Shown: positions 1 through 9,301 of the stretch, one piece after another
Layout of the letters: each line of letters opens with the position of its first letter
Position numbering within the stretch: the first letter of the stretch is position 1
Source of the DNA: a phage
DNA: 64,000 nucleotides
Assembly (NCBI GenBank): GCA_017686895.1
Contig: GCA_017686895.1_4521.1
Reading direction: 5' to 3' (one strand)
Notes under the pieces: generated by a model
What the model saw: the letters and a program-made list of their open reading frames with translations, nothing else
Told to the model about the DNA's origin: nothing
Database searches by the model: none
Translations under genes and position numbers: made by a program

Positions 1-432
1 GAAATCTGTAAGAACGAAAATATCGAAATCGCTGATATGAAAGTTGTTGCAGCTCTGGTTAAAAAGAACTTCCCGGACTTTCGTCGCACAATCGGCCAAT
101 TAGACCAGTACTCGTCTAAAGGTGTTCTTGATGCAGGTATTCTGTCTATCGTAACTAATGATCGTGGCACAGTCTCTGATGTTATTGAAGCAATGAAGAA
201 CAAAGATATCAAACAACTTCGTGCATTAGCTCCAAAATATGCTGCAGATTATTCATGGTTCATCGATAAATTAGTTTCAGAATGTTACGACCAAGTTGCA
301 CCTGGTAAAAGTATTATTTCGCTTTACGAAATTGCAGGCGAAAATAATAAGTTTCATGGACTAGCAAGTAATATTGAATTACATGTTATGTATATGCTTC
401 TTCAACTGACCTGTGAACTGACTTGGAAATAA
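1..432 (+). CDS. 44: Clamp loader large subunit gp44, C-terminal part (5' end upstream of window)
   Basis: Open in frame from position 1; C-terminal sequence ([11 protein letters not shown]...[11 protein letters not shown]...) matches recalled T4 gp44; followed by 62/regA/43 as in T4. Confidence 0.85.
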   Translation, partial: EICKNENIEIADMKVVAALVKKNFPDFRRTIGQLDQYSSKGVLDAGILSIVTNDRGTVSDVIEAMKNKDIKQLRALAPKYAADYSWFIDKLVSECYDQVAPGKSIISLYEIAGENNKFHGLASNIELHVMYMLLQLTCELTWK

Positions 433-433
433 T

Positions 434-997
434 ATGAACTTATTCGATGATGACGTCCAGCTTAACGAGCACCAAATTGCATGGAAGTCTAATGACGCTG
501 ATGCGATTCAAAAATGTGCTGATATGTTTAAAGAAAAACCTGAGAATGAATTCTTTAAAATCATTAATGCTATTAATGAAAAGAAATCTATGTCAATTGC
601 TCAGGTCGACTACTCAAAATTTATGGTTGAGAACTCATTATCCCAGTTTCCAGAATGTATGCCAGCTGTTTACATGATGAACTTAGTCGGTTCTGAATTA
701 AGCGATGAAGCGCACTTCAACTATATGATGGCGGCAATTCCGCGTGGTCGTCGATTCTCTAAATGGGCTAAACTAGTCGAAGACACTTCAGAGTTACTAG
801 TTATCAAACTGTTGATGAAACATTACACAATCAACATGAATGACGCCACTGAGTATAAGCGGCTCCTTGAAAAAAATAACAAGTTGCCAATAGTCCTTAA
901 AGAACTGAAGGCCATGGTCACTGATGAATTTCTCAAAGAAGTTACCAAAAACGTGAAAGAACAAAAACAATTTAAAAAATTAGCATTGGAATGGTAA
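434..997 (+). CDS. 62: Clamp loader small subunit gp62
   Basis: 187 aa, same length as T4 gp62; near-identical recalled motifs (DDx[32 protein letters not shown]). Confidence 0.9.
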   Translation: MNLFDDDVQLNEHQIAWKSNDADAIQKCADMFKEKPENEFFKIINAINEKKSMSIAQVDYSKFMVENSLSQFPECMPAVYMMNLVGSELSDEAHFNYMMAAIPRGRRFSKWAKLVEDTSELLVIKLLMKHYTINMNDATEYKRLLEKNNKLPIVLKELKAMVTDEFLKEVTKNVKEQKQFKKLALEW

Positions 998-999
998 AA

Positions 1000-1368
1000 A
1001 TGATTGAAATTAAATTGAAGAACCCCGAAGATTTTCTGAAAGTCAAAGAGACTTTGACCCGTATGGGCATCGCTAATAACAAGGATAAAGTCCTTTACCA
1101 GTCTTGTCATATCCTCCAAAAGCAAGGTAAATATTACATCGTCCACTTTAAAGAAATGCTGCGTATGGACGGACGTCAGGTTGATATTGATGGTGAAGAC
1201 TATCAGCGACGTGATTCGATTGCTCAGTTGCTTGAAGACTGGGGCTTGATTGTTATTGAAGACTCTGCTCGTGAAGATCTATTTAGCCTGACTAATAACT
1301 TCCGAGTTATCTCTTTTAAACAGAAAGATGACTGGACTTTGAAAGCAAAATATACAATTGGTAATTAA
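1000..1368 (+). CDS. regA: Translational repressor RegA
   Basis: Starts MIEIKLK like T4 RegA (MIEITLK); strong identity through YQSCHILQK...FKEMLRMDGRQV; ATG at 1000 preferred over the track start at 991. Confidence 0.85.
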   Translation: MIEIKLKNPEDFLKVKETLTRMGIANNKDKVLYQSCHILQKQGKYYIVHFKEMLRMDGRQVDIDGEDYQRRDSIAQLLEDWGLIVIEDSAREDLFSLTNNFRVISFKQKDDWTLKAKYTIGN

Positions 1369-1373
1369 AGCAA

Positions 1374-1389
1374 TGGGACTTCGGTCCCA
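1374..1389 (+). other. UUCG-tetraloop hairpin (TGGGAC-TTCG-GTCCCA) after regA
   Basis: Perfect 6-bp stem with TTCG loop directly after regA stop; weak U-tract (ATTTGG). Confidence 0.5.
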
Positions 1390-1421
1390 TTTGGAGTATA
1401 ATGAGTTCATCAACAAACAAA

Positions 1422-1449
1422 AGACAATAACTCGTCTAAAGGAAATTAA
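1422..1449 (+). promoter_or_regulatory. Putative gp43 autogenous translational operator (hairpin plus Shine-Dalgarno)
   Basis: Short stem AGAC/GTCT enclosing 8-nt loop AATAACTC, then SD AAGGAA and ATG 1450; the loop matches what I recall of the T4 gene 43 operator. Confidence 0.45.
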
Positions 1450-4161
1450 ATGAAAGAATTTTACTTAACGGTTGAACAGATTGGTGATTCAATTTTTGAA
1501 CGTTACATCGATTCTAATGGCCGTGAACGTACTCGTGAAGTAGAATATAAACCATCACTGTTTGCTCATTGTCCAGAAAGTCAGGCTACGAAATATTTCG
1601 ATATCTACGGTAAGCCGTGTACTCGTAAGTTGTTCGCTAATATGCGTGATGCCTCCCAATGGATTAAACGCATGGAAGATATCGGACTTGAAGCACTTGG
1701 CATGGACGATTTCAAATTGGCGTATTTGTCTGACACTTATAACTATGAAATCAAATACGACCATACAAAAATTCGTGTGGCTAACTTCGACATCGAAGTA
1801 ACATCTCCGGATGGGTTCCCTGAGCCGTCACAAGCAAAACATCCAATTGATGCTATCACCCATTATGACTCAATTGATGACAGGTTCTACGTATTTGATC
1901 TATTGAATTCTCCATATGGTAATGTAGAAGAATGGTCTATTGAAATCGCTGCTAAGCTTCAAGAACAAGGTGGTGATGAAGTTCCATCTGAAATTATCGA
2001 TAAAATCATTTATATGCCATTCGATAATGAAAAAGAATTGTTGATGGAATATCTCAACTTCTGGCAACAGAAAACTCCTGTCATTTTGACTGGATGGAAC
2101 GTTGAGTCATTTGATATTCCATATGTGTATAACCGAATCAAGAATATTTTTGGCGAATCTACTGCGAAACGTTTATCACCACATCGTAAAACTCGTGTTA
2201 AAGTTATCGAAAACATGTATGGTTCTCGTGAAATCATTACATTGTTCGGTATCTCTGTTCTTGATTATATCGACCTTTACAAAAAATTCTCTTTCACAAA
2301 CCAACCGTCGTATTCTCTGGATTACATTTCAGAATTTGAATTGAATGTCGGTAAACTGAAATATGACGGTCCTATTTCTAAACTTCGTGAAAGTAATCAC
2401 CAACGATATATTTCTTATAACATTATCGACGTGTATCGTGTATTGCAAATTGATGCTAAACGCCAGTTCATCAACTTGAGTTTGGACATGGGTTATTATG
2501 CTAAGATACAGATTCAATCTGTGTTTAGCCCAATTAAAACATGGGATGCTATTATTTTTAATAGCCTTAAAGAGCAGAACAAGGTGATTCCACAAGGTCG
2601 TTCTCACCCGGTTCAACCTTATCCTGGCGCTTTTGTTAAGGAACCTATTCCAAATCGATACAAATATGTAATGAGTTTCGACCTTACATCTCTGTATCCA
2701 AGTATTATTCGCCAAGTGAATATTAGCCCAGAAACAATAGCAGGAACGTTTAAAGTAGCTCCATTGCATGATTATATTAACGCAATCGCTGAACGTCCTT
2801 CAGATGTGTACAGTTGCTCTCCTAACGGCATGATGTATTATAAAGACCGTGACGGTGTAGTTCCAACCGAAATCACCAAGGTCTTTAATCAACGTAAAGA
2901 ACATAAAGGTTATATGCTTGCTGCTCAACGTAACGGTGAAATAATTAAAGAGGCATTGCATAATCCTAATCTTTCTGTTGATGAACCATTAGATGTTGAT
3001 TATCGTTTCGACTTCACTGACGAGATTAAAGAAAAGATTAAAAAGTTGTCTGCTAAATCTCTTAATGAAATGTTGTTTAGAGCTCAACGTACTGAAGTTG
3101 CAGGTATGACTGCCCAAATTAACCGTAAATTGCTCATCAACTCGCTTTATGGTGCACTTGGCAACGTTTGGTTCCGTTATTACGATTTGCGTAATGCTAC
3201 TGCAATCACAACATTTGGTCAAATGGCTTTACAATGGATTGAACGTAAAGTTAATGAATATCTGAATGAAGTTTGTGGTACAGAAGGTGAAGCTTTCGTT
3301 CTTTATGGTGATACAGACTCTATTTACGTATCTGCTGATAAAATTATCGATAAGGTTGGTGAATCTAAATTCCGTGATACCAACCATTGGGTAGACTTCT
3401 TAGATAAGTTCGCACGTGAACGTATGGAACCAGCTATTGATAAAGGTTTCCGTGAAATGTGTGAATACATGAACAATAAACAACACTTAATGTTCATGGA
3501 CCGAGAAGCTATCGCTGGTCCTCCGCTTGGTTCTAAAGGTATTGGTGGATTCTGGACTGGTAAGAAACGTTATGCATTAAACGTGTGGGATATGGAAGGA
3601 ACTAGATACGCTGAGCCTAAACTCAAAATCATGGGTCTAGAGACTCAGAAATCTTCGACCCCTAAAGCAGTACAGAAAGCTCTTAAAGAATGTATTCGTC
3701 GTATGCTTCAAGAAGGTGAAGAATCATTACAAGAATATTTTAAAGAGTTTGAAAAAGAATTCCGTCAATTGAATTATATTAGCATCGCGTCGGTATCTTC
3801 TGCGAATAACATTGCTAAATATGATGTAGGTGGATTCCCTGGTCCTAAATGTCCGTTCCATATTCGTGGAATTCTGACATATAACCGAGCTATCAAAGGT
3901 AATATTGATGCTCCACAAGTTGTAGAAGGTGAAAAAGTATATGTTCTGCCTTTACGTGAAGGAAACCCATTCGGTGATAAATGTATCGCATGGCCTTCTG
4001 GTACTGAAATCACAGATTTAATTAAAGACGACGTACTTCATTGGATGGACTACACTGTTCTCCTTGAGAAGACATTTATTAAACCACTTGAAGGATTCAC
4101 ATCAGCAGCGAAACTCGATTACGAGAAGAAAGCATCTCTGTTCGATATGTTCGATTTTTGA
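1450..4161 (+). CDS. 43: DNA polymerase gp43 (family B)
   Basis: 903 aa; sequence matches recalled RB69 gp43 (MKEFYLTVEQIGDSIFERYIDSNGRERTREVEYKPSLFAHCPES..., exo motifs FDIEV and YNIIDV, YGDTDS, KKRY). Confidence 0.97.
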   Translation: MKEFYLTVEQIGDSIFERYIDSNGRERTREVEYKPSLFAHCPESQATKYFDIYGKPCTRKLFANMRDASQWIKRMEDIGLEALGMDDFKLAYLSDTYNYEIKYDHTKIRVANFDIEVTSPDGFPEPSQAKHPIDAITHYDSIDDRFYVFDLLNSPYGNVEEWSIEIAAKLQEQGGDEVPSEIIDKIIYMPFDNEKELLMEYLNFWQQKTPVILTGWNVESFDIPYVYNRIKNIFGESTAKRLSPHRKTRVKVIENMYGSREIITLFGISVLDYIDLYKKFSFTNQPSYSLDYISEFELNVGKLKYDGPISKLRESNHQRYISYNIIDVYRVLQIDAKRQFINLSLDMGYYAKIQIQSVFSPIKTWDAIIFNSLKEQNKVIPQGRSHPVQPYPGAFVKEPIPNRYKYVMSFDLTSLYPSIIRQVNISPETIAGTFKVAPLHDYINAIAERPSDVYSCSPNGMMYYKDRDGVVPTEITKVFNQRKEHKGYMLAAQRNGEIIKEALHNPNLSVDEPLDVDYRFDFTDEIKEKIKKLSAKSLNEMLFRAQRTEVAGMTAQINRKLLINSLYGALGNVWFRYYDLRNATAITTFGQMALQWIERKVNEYLNEVCGTEGEAFVLYGDTDSIYVSADKIIDKVGESKFRDTNHWVDFLDKFARERMEPAIDKGFREMCEYMNNKQHLMFMDREAIAGPPLGSKGIGGFWTGKKRYALNVWDMEGTRYAEPKLKIMGLETQKSSTPKAVQKALKECIRRMLQEGEESLQEYFKEFEKEFRQLNYISIASVSSANNIAKYDVGGFPGPKCPFHIRGILTYNRAIKGNIDAPQVVEGEKVYVLPLREGNPFGDKCIAWPSGTEITDLIKDDVLHWMDYTVLLEKTFIKPLEGFTSAAKLDYEKKASLFDMFDF

Positions 4162-4167
4162 TATAAT
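4159..4167 (+). promoter_or_regulatory. Candidate extended -10 promoter (TGaTATAAT) for the sugar cassette
   Basis: TGATATAAT overlaps the gene 43 TGA stop, 35 nt before ATG 4202; no good -35 or MotA box seen. Confidence 0.35.
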
Positions 4168-4201
4168 ACCATGGACGGTAAACTAATTAAATGAGAGAAA
4201 T

Positions 4202-4837
4202 ATGAAAACTACACCAATCACTATCGCTATTGACGCAATCGTAAAACAAGCTTCTTCTTTGGCTACTATGGCCAAAGTAATTAGTCAAAACCCTGCTCGT
4301 TATAATGCTATTCTAGAAACTCTTCGACGCCCTGGACTGAGTAATTATGAAAGCCGAGTAATTATTACAGGTGTTGGTAAGAACGCTAATATCGCAACTA
4401 AAGCTTCCGAGACTTTTGCTTCACTAGGTATTCCTAGCATGTATTTGAACACCGGGCATTATTCTCATGGCGACGCAGGGTTTATTGCACCTAATGATGT
4501 ATTAGTTCACATCAGTCGTTCTGGTAAGACTGAAGAAATGATAGGTGTTGCTAAACATCTTCGTATGATTCGTCCTCAGGTTAAACAGATTCTGTTACAT
4601 TGTAACCCTGACATTCCGCAAGAATACGAAGCTCTTTTTGATTATACGTTCTGTACAGGCATCGCGGTAGAGGTTGATGAGAATTCTCTGGCTCCGACCA
4701 TGTCCACTACATTGTTGTTAGCGCTTATCGATACGTTTGCTATCAACCTTTCGTCTGAACGTGGATTTACCTCTAATGACTTCCTTAAGTTCCACCCTGG
4801 TGGTGCACTAGGTGCCATGTTACGAGGCGAACAATGA
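4202..4837 (+). CDS. SIS-domain sugar-phosphate isomerase, arabinose-5-phosphate isomerase (KdsD/GutQ)-like
   Basis: SIS motifs VGKNANIATKASETF, HGDAGF, VLVHISRSGKTEE resemble KdsD-type API rather than GmhA. Confidence 0.7.
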   Translation: MKTTPITIAIDAIVKQASSLATMAKVISQNPARYNAILETLRRPGLSNYESRVIITGVGKNANIATKASETFASLGIPSMYLNTGHYSHGDAGFIAPNDVLVHISRSGKTEEMIGVAKHLRMIRPQVKQILLHCNPDIPQEYEALFDYTFCTGIAVEVDENSLAPTMSTTLLLALIDTFAINLSSERGFTSNDFLKFHPGGALGAMLRGEQ

Positions 4838-4977
4838 AAGCAATAACAATAGGACTTTTACTATTGATGCTTGTCATGACTATCTACTGGAGCTTAACGG
4901 CTCCAGTAATGATTCCGACTCTTATAATCGGATGGATTATGATTGGACTACAAACAAAGTATGAATGCTTTAACTAG
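4834..4977 (+). CDS. Small hydrophobic protein (47 aa), not in ORF track
   Basis: ATG overlaps the upstream TGA (ATGA coupling); translation MKAITIGLLLLMLVMTIYWSLTAPVMIPTLIIGWIMIGLQTKYECFN is almost entirely membrane-like. Confidence 0.35.
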   Translation: MKAITIGLLLLMLVMTIYWSLTAPVMIPTLIIGWIMIGLQTKYECFN

Positions 4978-5018
4978 AATAGTGTACAATACACCTACTT
5001 ACCAATGAGGACCACAAC

Positions 5019-6704
5019 ATGAAAAAAGCTGTTATTCTTGGTGCTGGACTGGCAACTCGTTTGTATCCAATAACGCACCATATTCCTAAGGTGCTTGTTA
5101 ACTATAAACAAGACACTATTCTGAGCAATTTGTATACAATTTATTCTGACCTTGGTGCAGATGAAATTATTGTAGTAGTTCATTCAAAATTTGTTGAAAC
5201 TGTTCGAGCTTATTGTGAGCAAGAAGGGTTCAATGTGACTATTCGTACAGTTGATGAAGCGTATGGTTCTGCTTATGCTCTTGCTAAATTATACAAAGAT
5301 TTAGATGGCCATAACGTAATTGTTAACTGGTGTGATATTATTCCTGATTTTGGTTCATGGTCTTGGAATGTTAACGCAATCTATGTTAAGGGTGATGAAT
5401 GTCGATATAATTTCGATGGTGAAAATATCACTAACGTAGGTTCAACAGGCGGTAATGTTGTAGGAATTTATCAGTTCAAAGACTGGGAATTCTATATGGG
5501 TTCTACTGATGAGGAAATTCATGAATACTGCAAAGGGCGTGATTTCGTAGAATTCCTTTACGGCAGTGCATTCAATAAATCAGAGCTTATGAATCTAATT
5601 GATTTAGGTGATATGCCTAAACTTGAAAAAGCTCATGAAGTTCGTGAACTTAATCGTAGTTTTAATGCAGTTGAAATTGGTGAAGAAACTGTAACTAAAT
5701 TCGCATTAACCGAACAGGGACGAGCTCTTCAGAAAGATGAGATTTCGTGGTATCTTAAAGTGAAATCAGATTCAGTTCCTCAGTTAGTTTCTGTTAATGA
5801 AAATAACTTTGAAATGGAACGCATTAAAGGTAAGCCAGCATTTGAATATATTAAATCCAAATCAAGTCTTGCTCGTCCACAAATTGTTGATGCAATTTTA
5901 GATGCACTGAAATTCAGCACAGACACTTATTTTGTAAGTCCTGAAACTGTTCGTCGTGATTTCACTAAAGAATTCTATACGAAAGTTATTGATCGTTGTG
6001 AAAGCATTCAACCATTGATTGATTCATTTGGTAAAATCACACATGTGAACTACACTAAGATTGGACGTCTGAAGCCAATGCTGAAACAAGCTTTAGAACA
6101 CCTTATTCGTTATCATAACCGTTCTCAGGGACAGTACTCTGTTATTCATGGTGACCCGAACTTCAGTAATACTATGATTACTGATAACGGCGAAGTCAAG
6201 TTTATCGACCCTCGTGGATATTTTGGCGAAACCAAGATTTACGGGCCAAAATTGTACGATGAAGCTAAAGTGCTTTATGCTGTTTCAGGTTATGATGAAT
6301 TCAATGCTAATCCGACCTGGGGACAGTTTACTATTGATGAAACAACTTGTAATGTGACTATTAACATCAATCCATTAATTTACAAATATGGAAAGATGAG
6401 TTCGTTTAACGAGTATCATCATTTGGCGGTGGCAATTATCTGGATTGCATTAGGTGGTTATTTCAAGAATAATCCACTTAAAGCGGTAGCCGCATATTAT
6501 AAAGGTATGGAACTTCTGACTAAGCAATTACGCAACATGGGCCGTGTACTTCAAGACGGCTCTATTAGTTATGACGTAGCAGAACCTGTAACGGCTACTC
6601 TGATTACAAAAAATCCTGGTAAATGGGTACTAACTGATAAAGAAACTGGTGTTTCCTATCGTCCAATCGGTGGCGATATCACTCATCAATGGGAACGAAT
6701 CTAA
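5019..6704 (+). CDS. Bifunctional sugar-1-phosphate nucleotidyltransferase / APH-like sugar kinase
   Basis: N-terminal ILGAGLATRL nucleotidyltransferase motif; C-terminal HGDPNFSN...IDPRG kinase motifs (aminoglycoside/choline kinase fold). Confidence 0.7.
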   Translation: MKKAVILGAGLATRLYPITHHIPKVLVNYKQDTILSNLYTIYSDLGADEIIVVVHSKFVETVRAYCEQEGFNVTIRTVDEAYGSAYALAKLYKDLDGHNVIVNWCDIIPDFGSWSWNVNAIYVKGDECRYNFDGENITNVGSTGGNVVGIYQFKDWEFYMGSTDEEIHEYCKGRDFVEFLYGSAFNKSELMNLIDLGDMPKLEKAHEVRELNRSFNAVEIGEETVTKFALTEQGRALQKDEISWYLKVKSDSVPQLVSVNENNFEMERIKGKPAFEYIKSKSSLARPQIVDAILDALKFSTDTYFVSPETVRRDFTKEFYTKVIDRCESIQPLIDSFGKITHVNYTKIGRLKPMLKQALEHLIRYHNRSQGQYSVIHGDPNFSNTMITDNGEVKFIDPRGYFGETKIYGPKLYDEAKVLYAVSGYDEFNANPTWGQFTIDETTCNVTININPLIYKYGKMSSFNEYHHLAVAIIWIALGGYFKNNPLKAVAAYYKGMELLTKQLRNMGRVLQDGSISYDVAEPVTATLITKNPGKWVLTDKETGVSYRPIGGDITHQWERI

Positions 6705-7090
6705 TGCACCGTGTAGAAAACATGCTTAATCTTTGTTTTGATGTCGATGATTGTATAACAGAGTGGAATAACAATCGTGATTACGTGAACTTCAAACCAG
6801 ACGTCGAAATGGTGTCTGCCATTAATGCCCTGTATGATGCAGGGCATACCATAACGCTTTACACTGCTCGTGGTATGAAGTCAGTAGGTCCTGGTCGTAT
6901 AGCAATTGACATTCTCCCAAGTCTGATTCAGAACTTGGCAAACATTGGCTTGAAGTACCATAATTTGCTAACACATAAACCAGTATATGATTGGATTATC
7001 GACGACAAAGCTATGCGTCCTGACGAATTCAAAGCTCTTATGAATAAAGGCGAATTCGAAACATTTAAATCATATAAACCGAATCTATAA
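6704..7090 (+). CDS. HAD-superfamily phosphatase-like protein
   Basis: FDVDDCIT (DxD motif I), LYTAR, K...DWIIDDK; TAATG overlap with upstream gene; track start 6689 is an alternative. Confidence 0.5.
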   Translation: MHRVENMLNLCFDVDDCITEWNNNRDYVNFKPDVEMVSAINALYDAGHTITLYTARGMKSVGPGRIAIDILPSLIQNLANIGLKYHNLLTHKPVYDWIIDDKAMRPDEFKALMNKGEFETFKSYKPNL

Positions 7091-7136
7091 TAATTTAAGT
7101 AAGACCTGCAAAAACCATCGCATCAATTAACGCGAG

Positions 7137-8306
7137 ATGCAAAAAATGAATACTTTTAAAATCGGAACGAATTTTGATTTAGCTCTTCTTGATAAAATCG
7201 TAGAGCTCAATAAAACCTATCCTAATAGCTTGATAAACGAAGTATATGGCTCTACAAGAGAAATGGCTTTTGTAGCAGCCAGACCTGATTTTAGGCTTCC
7301 TGACGTTGACAAAAAGATGTTAGAAGATTACGTTAAACGTTGTAACGAATTAGGTATTTGCTTTAACTATACACTCAACACGATAAATCCTGGTTCAAAA
7401 AGAGAACTAGTTGAGTGGAAGAAGAAAGCTATTCAGGATTATGTTCAGTATCTTTGGTCAATAGGCGTATGGCGTATTACTATCGCTAACCCTGTTGTTA
7501 TGGAAATTGTTCGTGAAGTCAATAAAGATATTGAGATTGAAGTTTCAACAATTCTACATGTCGATGCGGTAACTCAAATCAAATACTTACATGACCAATA
7601 TAACATCAAAAAGGTCTGTTGCGGAATTCATAAGAACCGTTCAGTTTCTTTCCTGAAGCGTGCAGCAGAGTTTTGCAATAAGAACAATATAATATTTGAA
7701 GTTCTTGTAAATGAGTTCTGTTCTAATGCTGGTAAAGGGTATACAACACATTGTAGTTATCGTGACTCTTGCTATATTTTCCATAGTACTGATGTTACAG
7801 CTGATGATGCTAAATCCTTAAATGGATATCCAATGCAACACTGCATTAAAGCTCGTGATACAGACCCATTTAACTGGTTGAGAACTCGTTTTGTTCGTCC
7901 TCAAGATTTGAAACTTTATAATGATATTGGTATCACTCAATTCAAAGTTTCAGGACGTACAGGTAGCACAGACTACATTTTGAAAGTTCTTGAAGCATAC
8001 GCTTCTGAAAAGTTTGAAGGTAATTTGTTAGAACTGTGGAAGCCTTTAGAGACTATTTTCACTCTTGAAAATGAGACTGAGTTTTCACATACAGTAAATA
8101 TTGAAACCTCTTTGTTAGATGGCTTTTTAGAAAAAAGGTGGTTCAGACATCCAGATTTTGATTGTGCTAATGAAATCTGTGGGTCAACGTGTACATATTG
8201 TGAAAGGTATTATAAACGTCAATTATCTAAAAACGGGTTAGCAGAAAACTCCATATCTATTATTGATATAACTAACTCTGATGACGCTTTGAGGTACCCG
8301 GAATGA
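7137..8306 (+). CDS. Cys-rich protein of unknown function; weak resemblance to peptidase U32-family TIM-barrel proteins
   Basis: 389-aa ORF in the cassette; motifs NEVYGS, FKVSGRTGSTDY and clustered Cys (CxxxxGxGxxxxC, CANEICGSTCTYC); family assignment from memory only. Confidence 0.5.
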   Translation: MQKMNTFKIGTNFDLALLDKIVELNKTYPNSLINEVYGSTREMAFVAARPDFRLPDVDKKMLEDYVKRCNELGICFNYTLNTINPGSKRELVEWKKKAIQDYVQYLWSIGVWRITIANPVVMEIVREVNKDIEIEVSTILHVDAVTQIKYLHDQYNIKKVCCGIHKNRSVSFLKRAAEFCNKNNIIFEVLVNEFCSNAGKGYTTHCSYRDSCYIFHSTDVTADDAKSLNGYPMQHCIKARDTDPFNWLRTRFVRPQDLKLYNDIGITQFKVSGRTGSTDYILKVLEAYASEKFEGNLLELWKPLETIFTLENETEFSHTVNIETSLLDGFLEKRWFRHPDFDCANEICGSTCTYCERYYKRQLSKNGLAENSISIIDITNSDDALRYPE

Positions 8307-8542
8307 TTTCTAGAAAAAGTTTTAATTATAAACTTAACGAAGAGATTTTGACTATGAAACTGAACACTAACGAACAAATTCTTAAAAAGGCCCTTATGGG
8401 CCTGTTTGAAACCAAAGCGGCTAAAGTGATTAAAGAACCTGTTCAATTGGAATACTACACTGATGCATTCCTTCATAGTGTTCTTGGAAGTATAGATTCT
8501 GAAGCTTTACGTTATATCAACATTGTCAAGAAATTCAAATAA
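8303..8542 (+). CDS. Hypothetical protein
   Basis: 79-aa ORF, ATGA overlap with upstream gene. Confidence 0.45.
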   Translation: MISRKSFNYKLNEEILTMKLNTNEQILKKALMGLFETKAAKVIKEPVQLEYYTDAFLHSVLGSIDSEALRYINIVKKFK

Positions 8543-8565
8543 GCTTTATGAATTGAGTATATAAT
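8541..8565 (+). promoter_or_regulatory. Candidate middle promoter (MotA-box-like AAGCTTTAT plus TATAAT)
   Basis: MotA-like box about 12 bp upstream of TATAAT (8560-8565), 20 nt before ATG 8585. Confidence 0.3.
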
Positions 8566-8584
8566 AAATTGTATTGAGGTAAAT

Positions 8585-9301
8585 ATGGGAAAACATAACA
8601 CAATGAAATATATCAAAGCCGCAGATTTTCAAACCGCATTTAAAGCAGTCAATCGTGAAATTTTAGAAAACCCCGAATTCGTAACTGATTCTCGTATTGG
8701 ACGTTGTAATGAAATTGGGTCTATGACAGTAGTTGTTGACACTCCATCATCATTCAAAATGACCGACCCACGTATTAACCGCATCTCTTATGAATATGCC
8801 GAAGACTTCTGGAAGTTTATGATTTCTGGTGGTACCAACGCAGAAGAAGCGTTTAAGGCATATCCTAATGTCGCTAAATTTATTTCTAAACCAAAATCAG
8901 ATGTTTTGCCGGCGAACTTCAACACTTTCTATGGTCCTCGCATTGCGGCCCAATTACCAACTCTTCTAAAAGAACTTAAAGAAAAACCTAACTCTCGAAG
9001 AGTTGTGTTCCAAATTCTAGAAAGTTCTGATCAGGCTTTGCTTGATTCGGACGAAACACTTGAATATCCATGTACTGACTCAGTAACTTATTATATTCGT
9101 GATGGTAAGCTTTATACCCACTGTCATATGCGTTCTCAGAACTGTGCTGTTGTTATGCAGTTGGATTTTTATCTCCAAGGAAAATTACTTCATTATATCG
9201 CTAACGAATGCGGTGTAGAAGTTGGTGATTATACTCATACCATGGTAAGTGCCCATGTGTTTGAACGTGATTTTGATTATGTTAAAGGATTCCTTGACTA
9301 A
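8585..9301 (+). CDS. 42: Thymidylate-synthase-fold deoxycytidylate hydroxymethylase-like enzyme (gene 42 position)
   Basis: TS-fold motifs NSRRVVFQI, YPCTDSVTYYIRDG (catalytic Cys), Asp at the pyrimidine-specificity position (QLDFY) as in dCMP hydroxymethylase; more divergent from recalled T4 gp42 than neighbouring core genes. Confidence 0.6.
   Translation: MGKHNTMKYIKAADFQTAFKAVNREILENPEFVTDSRIGRCNEIGSMTVVVDTPSSFKMTDPRINRISYEYAEDFWKFMISGGTNAEEAFKAYPNVAKFISKPKSDVLPANFNTFYGPRIAAQLPTLLKELKEKPNSRRVVFQILESSDQALLDSDETLEYPCTDSVTYYIRDGKLYTHCHMRSQNCAVVMQLDFYLQGKLLHYIANECGVEVGDYTHTMVSAHVFERDFDYVKGFLD

Noticed and set aside
991-1368. Track start at 991 for regA (MVKMIEIK)
   Set aside because: ATG 1000 gives MIEIKLK matching the T4 RegA N-terminus; 991 would overlap the last codons of gene 62
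1555-3222. Several 60-150-aa ORFs on the minus strand and in alternate + frames inside gene 43 (for example 1555-1764, 2329-2769, 2989-3222)
   Set aside because: They lie entirely within the well-supported DNA polymerase frame, have no SD and no recognisable motifs; treated as shadow ORFs
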